Below are positions 59,714-64,000 of a stretch of 64,000 nucleotides of DNA, in pieces; the stretch's first letter is position 1; every line of letters starts with the position of its first letter. The translations under genes and the position numbers were made by a program. The notes under the pieces were generated by a model, which worked only from the letters and a program-made list of their open reading frames with translations, searched no databases and was not told the origin of the DNA. Source of the stretch: an uncultured Gammaproteobacteria bacterium (GTDB taxonomy: Bacteria > Pseudomonadota > Gammaproteobacteria > JACCXJ01); NCBI GenBank assembly GCA_963764725.1, contig CAVXTM010000012.1, positions 128,001 to 192,000 on the forward strand, read 5' to 3'.

Positions 59714-59803
59714 CTGTCATCCCGGCCATGGACTGGCCGGGACCCAGTGCAGCAATGCCCTCCCTAGACCTGGATTCCGGCCATTACCTGGCCAGAAAGA
59801 CAG
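59714..59803. repeat. REP-like palindromic element
   Basis: ctgtcatcccggcc..ggccgggacccag ... ctggattccggcc..ggccagaaagacag: two hairpins in inverted arrangement. Confidence 0.55.
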
Positions 59804-59842
59804 TACCTAAAACGCCGATCCACCGCTATCGATTCCTGTACG

Positions 59843-60253
59843 TTATTTGTGGGACACCGCACTAGGAGCCATGGAATGTTCTTGTGGCGCCATACATGCG
59901 CGGAGTCGGTCCCAAAGCGATTTGCTGCCAAATGTGAATGCCTGCTCCTCAGCTATCAAAAATACAGGCGTGCCGCCACTGGAGATTTCGACCGCATGGG
60001 CAACGGTTTCTTTTCCGCCCTCGGACTGCGCACACGCTTGCAGGGCCTCTAGGGACGGGAAATGAACCTCGGCGATCCGGTAGAATGGAGGTGGTGTCCC
60101 GTCCGGGGTTGCCACGACTTTGGTCGCTACAAACCTCGTTTTACCGGAGAGCTTCTCCACCGCCATCGGTACGTGTTCCTCTTGATAAAGCTTTTCGAAT
60201 GCGTCGATATCCCGAGGACGCGGATACATCACTATCAACTTAACGCCAGCCAT
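59843..60253 (-). CDS. EthD-family protein
   Basis: KLIVMYPRP.D..AFEKLYQEEHVPM...FYRIAEVHFPSLEALQAC; tandem paralog. Confidence 0.88.
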   Translation of the reverse strand: MAGVKLIVMYPRPRDIDAFEKLYQEEHVPMAVEKLSGKTRFVATKVVATPDGTPPPFYRIAEVHFPSLEALQACAQSEGGKETVAHAVEISSGGTPVFLIAEEQAFTFGSKSLWDRLRACMAPQEHSMAPSAVSHK

Positions 60254-60315
60254 AACACCCTCCTATCGTTGTATCGGTTGAGATAAATTCGCGGATCCCT
60301 GTTTCAACTTCAAAT

Positions 60316-60439
60316 TTATTCCCCGCGGTCTTGCCGCGGGGACCCTTAGCGATGGGGTTTCCAAAGGGGAGAGGCGCAGCTCTCCACTTTGGTCGCCCCA
60401 CGGGGTTGCATACCCCCGTGGTGGCGAAATCAAATTGAC
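60316..60439 (-). repeat. Dispersed three-hairpin repeat, copy E
   Basis: Reverse complement is gtcaatttgatttcgccaccacgggggtatgcaaccccgtggggcgaccaaagtggagagctgcgcctctcccctttggaaaccccatcgctaagggtccccgcggcaagaccgcggggaataa; closest to copy C. Confidence 0.85.
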
Positions 60440-60516
60440 TTCACTCCTCGCTATAAGCGCGTCCAGAGTCCTGCCCAGCCCAATTATAGACTGTTCGTTC
60501 TACAATCAAGAAAAAA

Positions 60517-61099
60517 TCATTTCAAAGCCCGCAGCGTCACCTCGACCACCTCTTCGAGGGCCGAACGATCGCTTCGGATCTTTCCAATAACCAAGAGACC
60601 TTGCAGGTTGCAGGTCAAATAGCGCGCTAGCGCGCGCAGATCGCGGTGGTTATCGAGCTCGCCCGCACTCTGATCGCGCAGTAAGGTCTTATAGAAACCG
60701 TCCTCGAGTTGCTTTACGCACAGGCTCACCTTCTTGGCCGTGTCAGGATCACTCAGTCCCCGCTCTACGGCCGAGTTGGTAACCAGGCAGCCGCGCAACG
60801 GCCCGCCGGTCATCACATGCTCAATGACGGTTGCAAAGAACTGACGGATAGCCGCTTTGCCCGAGGCGTTAGTATCAAGAATATCGAGCAGTTTCCTCAC
60901 CACCACCTTGCGATAGCGGTCCAGGACCCTGAGAAACAGGCGTCTGCTTGTCCCCGAAGGTAGCGTACAGGCTACCGCGATGGATCCCCATACTCTCCAC
61001 CAGGTCTTGGATCGAGGTCGCTTCGTACCCTTTGGACCAAAATGTCTCCACGGCCTTGTCCAACACATCCTCTACATCGAACTCTCTCGGTCTCGCCAC
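60517..61099 (-). pseudogene. TetR/AcrR (NemR-like) regulator with frameshift near 60945
   Basis: MARPREFD...FWSKGYEATSIQDLV..MGI.RGSLYATFGDK, then in another frame LFLRVLDRY...RGCLVTNSAVE. Confidence 0.85.
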
Positions 61100-61143
61100 G
61101 CGCTCTACGTTGGTACCTTGGTTGCCGATAATGTAAGCCTAGA

Positions 61144-61169
61144 CATTCTAGACCAAATAGTCAAGAATG
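61144..61169. promoter_or_regulatory. Probable TetR operator (inverted repeat)
   Basis: CATTCTAGAC-CAAATA-GTCAAGAATG (9/10 palindromic) between the divergent tetR and gfa-like genes. Confidence 0.6.
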
Positions 61170-61188
61170 ATCTAGGAGGATTCTTCTC

Positions 61189-61389
61189 ATGACTATACAC
61201 TTTACTGGTGGCTGTGCATGCGGCACCATTCGCTATGAGTGGTCGGCTGAGCCGGTTTTCGCTGGGAATTGTCATTGCCGCGATTGCCAACGGGCAATCT
61301 GGAGGTACGTTTGCCCCCTGGTTTTCGTGCCATATAGCGCAGGCACAATCACCGGCGATGTGAGATACCGCGGATGCCCGACCTCATAG
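61189..61389 (+). pseudogene. GFA/CENP-V family fragment
   Basis: TGGCACGTIRY, NCHCRDCQRA; truncated before the C-terminal CxxCG. Confidence 0.75.
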
Positions 61390-61528
61390 GCATCATGGCG
61401 GGGAGCCTTGATGACCCAAGTTGGTTTCAACCCACAATGGACATTTTCACGGCCAGTGCGCAACCCTGGGATTTTATGAACCGAAACCTACCGAAGTTTC
61501 CCAACATGCCAACGATGTAGTGTGTTGC

Positions 61529-61798
61529 ATGCAGTATTCAGGACTAGCGACACTCATCGGGTCCCTCGGCGTAGCCCTGCTGCTGCTCGCCTTTCTCTTG
61601 AACGTGTTTCGTCTTCTGCGTGTGGAGGGCTACCCGTACATAGTTCTCAACCTCGTTGGTGCCTCGTTAGCTTGCTACTCTTCGTACCTGATCGACTTCA
61701 TGCCGTTTGTAGTTTTAGAGGGTACATGGGCCGTTGTAGCGGCCGTCGCGCTAGTCCGGTCGCTGCTGTCAGGCGTCTCATCCAGTACCGCCGATTAA
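61529..61798 (+). CDS. Small membrane protein (CBU_0592-like)
   Basis: IGSLGVALLLLAF, Y..LNLVGA.L, PFVVLEGTWA. Confidence 0.75.
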   Translation: MQYSGLATLIGSLGVALLLLAFLLNVFRLLRVEGYPYIVLNLVGASLACYSSYLIDFMPFVVLEGTWAVVAAVALVRSLLSGVSSSTAD

Positions 61799-62065
61799 GG
61801 GTTCCTGGCAACCCTTAATGACGTCTGTTTCGAGTATCCGTTTAAGGCGTCTCAACGACTCGGCGGATTCGGCCTGCAGACGGCTTTGCAATGACAGGAA
61901 GTCTCCCAGTTTTCCGAATAACACGGGTATGTTATAGATGACTCGCGAAAGCTTCACGTCGCGTGCTTGAGGCGATCGTAGGTCTCGACGGCATTAGCAA
62001 GGGGTAAGCCAGTTCCCCGGCATTCAAAATGTATATCGGTGAGTCGCGTCTGATGCCCCGGCGGC

Positions 62066-62598
62066 CTATCGGCAGGTTAGGCGCCATTGCAGTGCTCCGA
62101 GAACCACGGCGATCAGGAACATAGCGCCGGCGATGAACGTGAGTTGAATCCCTGCCGATTCACGGACCTGAATCGGCAGCCTTGACACTAACGGTCTTGC
62201 ATCGCGTAGGGTCACCACCGCTGCATAGCGCTTTCCCTCCTCGAAGGTGCCGTTCAGTAGCCGGTCGGATAGGCCTTGGGATCGAGATGCGCTACCGTTC
62301 GGACGATCGAAGCAGAGCCGCCCTCCTCTGCCGTCTCGACGACCCTAACCTCCGTGGGCTTGGTACGCATTGCGGTATCGAGCAAATCGAATACCAAGAT
62401 GCTCTTGCCCGGCGCGGGCAAGTCCCAGCAGTATTCGGTACCACTGCCGGCTTGATAGGCGGTGAAATGCATCGTGAACTTGCCGATCCGGGCTACGCAT
62501 TTATCCACCTCGATGGCCGCGCCCCCGTGTGCGTACGCGAAGGACTGACCCAAGATCGTTATTAACACACCAGATAAACGCAGCGTTGCGATATTCAT
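62066..62598 (-). pseudogene. PmoD/AmoD-like periplasmic copper protein, frameshift near 62257
   Basis: Signal peptide ending AYA-HGG, DKCV.RIG..TMHFTAYQ, EYCWDLP.PG.SILVFDL.D..MR..P.EVRVV, YPTG. The shifted frame supplies a C-terminal TM helix. Confidence 0.65.
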
Positions 62599-62614
62599 AA
62601 TGCCTCCACTACGG

Positions 62615-63793
62615 TTAGAGAGTCTTGCGATAGCTCACGCGGTAGATGTTCCCGCCGTAATCGTCGGAGATGTAGATAGCCCCGTCGGGCCCCTCGGCGA
62701 CATCCACGGGACGACCGATGACCTCTTCATCTTGCTCGAAGCCTGTAGCAAATTTGCGCTCGGTGATCTTCCCTGTAGCATCAAAATGCAGCGACACCAC
62801 CTCGTACCCGGCTTTCTCGGTACGATTCCAGGATCCATGAAGGGCGGCCAGCGCCGCTCCCTGGTAGCCTGACGGCAGACCGTTGCCGTGAATGAACGAT
62901 AAGCCTAAGGGCGCGGTGTGGGCGTCGAAGTTGTGGACGGGAGGCACGCTCTCGCGCACCTCATCTTCGTTTCCTGCGCCGAGGCTGGGATCGGGCGCCT
63001 TATCGCCGTTGGCATAAGGCCATCCGTAGGACTTGCCGTGCTCGATGCGATTAAGCTCACAGGGAGGAAAGTCATCGCCCAGGAAATCGCGCCCGTTGTC
63101 GGCGCCGTACAGTTCATTTTGTACCGGACGCCAATCAAAGCCCACGGTATTACGAAGGCCGGTGGCATAGATCTGCTCCGCCGTACCATCGGGTCGAAAG
63201 CGCAGCAAGGCTGCGCGCCGGGGATCTTCTTCCCTACAGGCATTGCAGCTCGATCCCACCGACACGTATACCCACCCATCCGGACCCACGCGCACGCTGC
63301 GTGTCCAGTGTTGGCCGCCGACGGGAAGCCCCGCCAGGCGCTCGAAACTGCCGCTCACCTTGCGGGCCTTCTCGTCAATGCGGACGCGCCCCAGCGCGCT
63401 CGTCTCGGCGACGTATAGCCAGCCTTCATGGAGGTCTAGACCATGAGGTCGATTGAGCCCCGTGAGCAGATCTTGACGGCCATCCGGCCGCCCGTCCGCA
63501 TCGCTGTCGCGCTCAAGTAGGACGATGCGTCCTGAGCGTGGTAGGCTCACGAGTAGATCACCGGCCCCGGTAAACCGCAGCATGCGCGCATCGGTCAGTC
63601 CGCTCGCGTAAAGAGCAATAGAAAAGCCATCCGGCAAGCGAATTCGATTTCGAAGCGAGTCGGTCGTTGGCGCGCTCCGAAACCATCTACCGATTGCGCT
63701 AGGCATGTTCACCGTGAAACGCTCGGGCCACAGCAACCATAGGAGAATGGCCGCGACACCGAGATGGAGGAGACCGCGCGGCACAGTTCTCAT
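62615..63793 (-). CDS. PQQ-dependent sugar/sorbosone dehydrogenase family protein
   Basis: LPDGFSI.LYA, L.RPHGL, HWTR, VSVGSSCN.C.E, GLRNTVG, DNGRD, AH.APLG, HGSWNR, GRPVDV, ISDD. Confidence 0.92.
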   Translation of the reverse strand: MRTVPRGLLHLGVAAILLWLLWPERFTVNMPSAIGRWFRSAPTTDSLRNRIRLPDGFSIALYASGLTDARMLRFTGAGDLLVSLPRSGRIVLLERDSDADGRPDGRQDLLTGLNRPHGLDLHEGWLYVAETSALGRVRIDEKARKVSGSFERLAGLPVGGQHWTRSVRVGPDGWVYVSVGSSCNACREEDPRRAALLRFRPDGTAEQIYATGLRNTVGFDWRPVQNELYGADNGRDFLGDDFPPCELNRIEHGKSYGWPYANGDKAPDPSLGAGNEDEVRESVPPVHNFDAHTAPLGLSFIHGNGLPSGYQGAALAALHGSWNRTEKAGYEVVSLHFDATGKITERKFATGFEQDEEVIGRPVDVAEGPDGAIYISDDYGGNIYRVSYRKTL

Positions 63794-64000
63794 TGTACGG
63801 CCGGTTCTCGGGTGGCATCATGTCGCGGCCGGCCCGCGTCGGTGAAGAAGTCAATAATCGACGGATTCAAGTCTGGCCAACGCGCATGAGGCTGGGTTCC
63901 CTCGCAGTATCGGGTGGCCACGCCATGAGCACACTTCGGGTAGGTTTCGCAACCACTGTTCAGTCGCTTGCGAGCACTTAGCTCGCACTGATTACATGCG

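Noticed and set aside
61800-62040. Possible SRPBCC-like C-terminal fragment on the minus strand (..LQAESAESLRRLKRILET..)
   Set aside because: Too short and broken to support a call.

Overview
GC-rich gammaproteobacterial-type chromosome segment. Left arm: the end of a probable defence island (SNF2 helicase, decayed tyrosine integrase) at the 3' end of tRNA-Ile2(CAT), then housekeeping genes (rpoD-dnaG-[collapsed yqeY]-rpsU, tsaD, plsY, folB-folK, MidA-like methyltransferase, TPM/LemA, dusB, msrA/msrB). Centre (~17.9-52 kb): an accessory cluster with a very large MnxG-like multicopper oxidase (split by a probable 2-nt indel) and its beta-propeller, SCO and cytochrome-c/SBP partners. It is followed directly by a Pro/Gly/Lys/Arg repeat protein with Tyr-rich motifs, a 722-aa possibly kinase-like protein, five glycosyltransferase-like genes, five Fe(II)/2OG oxygenases, two paralogous methyltransferases and a flavin monooxygenase. 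A Mo/W ABC transporter whose ATPase is fused to an LMW-PTP domain lies at the other end. My best candidate for an undescribed system is this cluster, read as a hydroxylate/glycosylate/oxidatively cross-link pathway acting on a polyproline repeat protein (hypothesis). Right arm: redox and stress genes, a CCAEP-tail radical SAM gene, a linalool-dehydratase-like gene, tandem EthD genes, TetR, a PmoD/AmoD-like gene and a PQQ-type dehydrogenase. A ~115-125 bp three-hairpin repeat occurs five times. Many single indels suggest assembly error or decay. All family calls come from motif recognition by eye; no searches were run.
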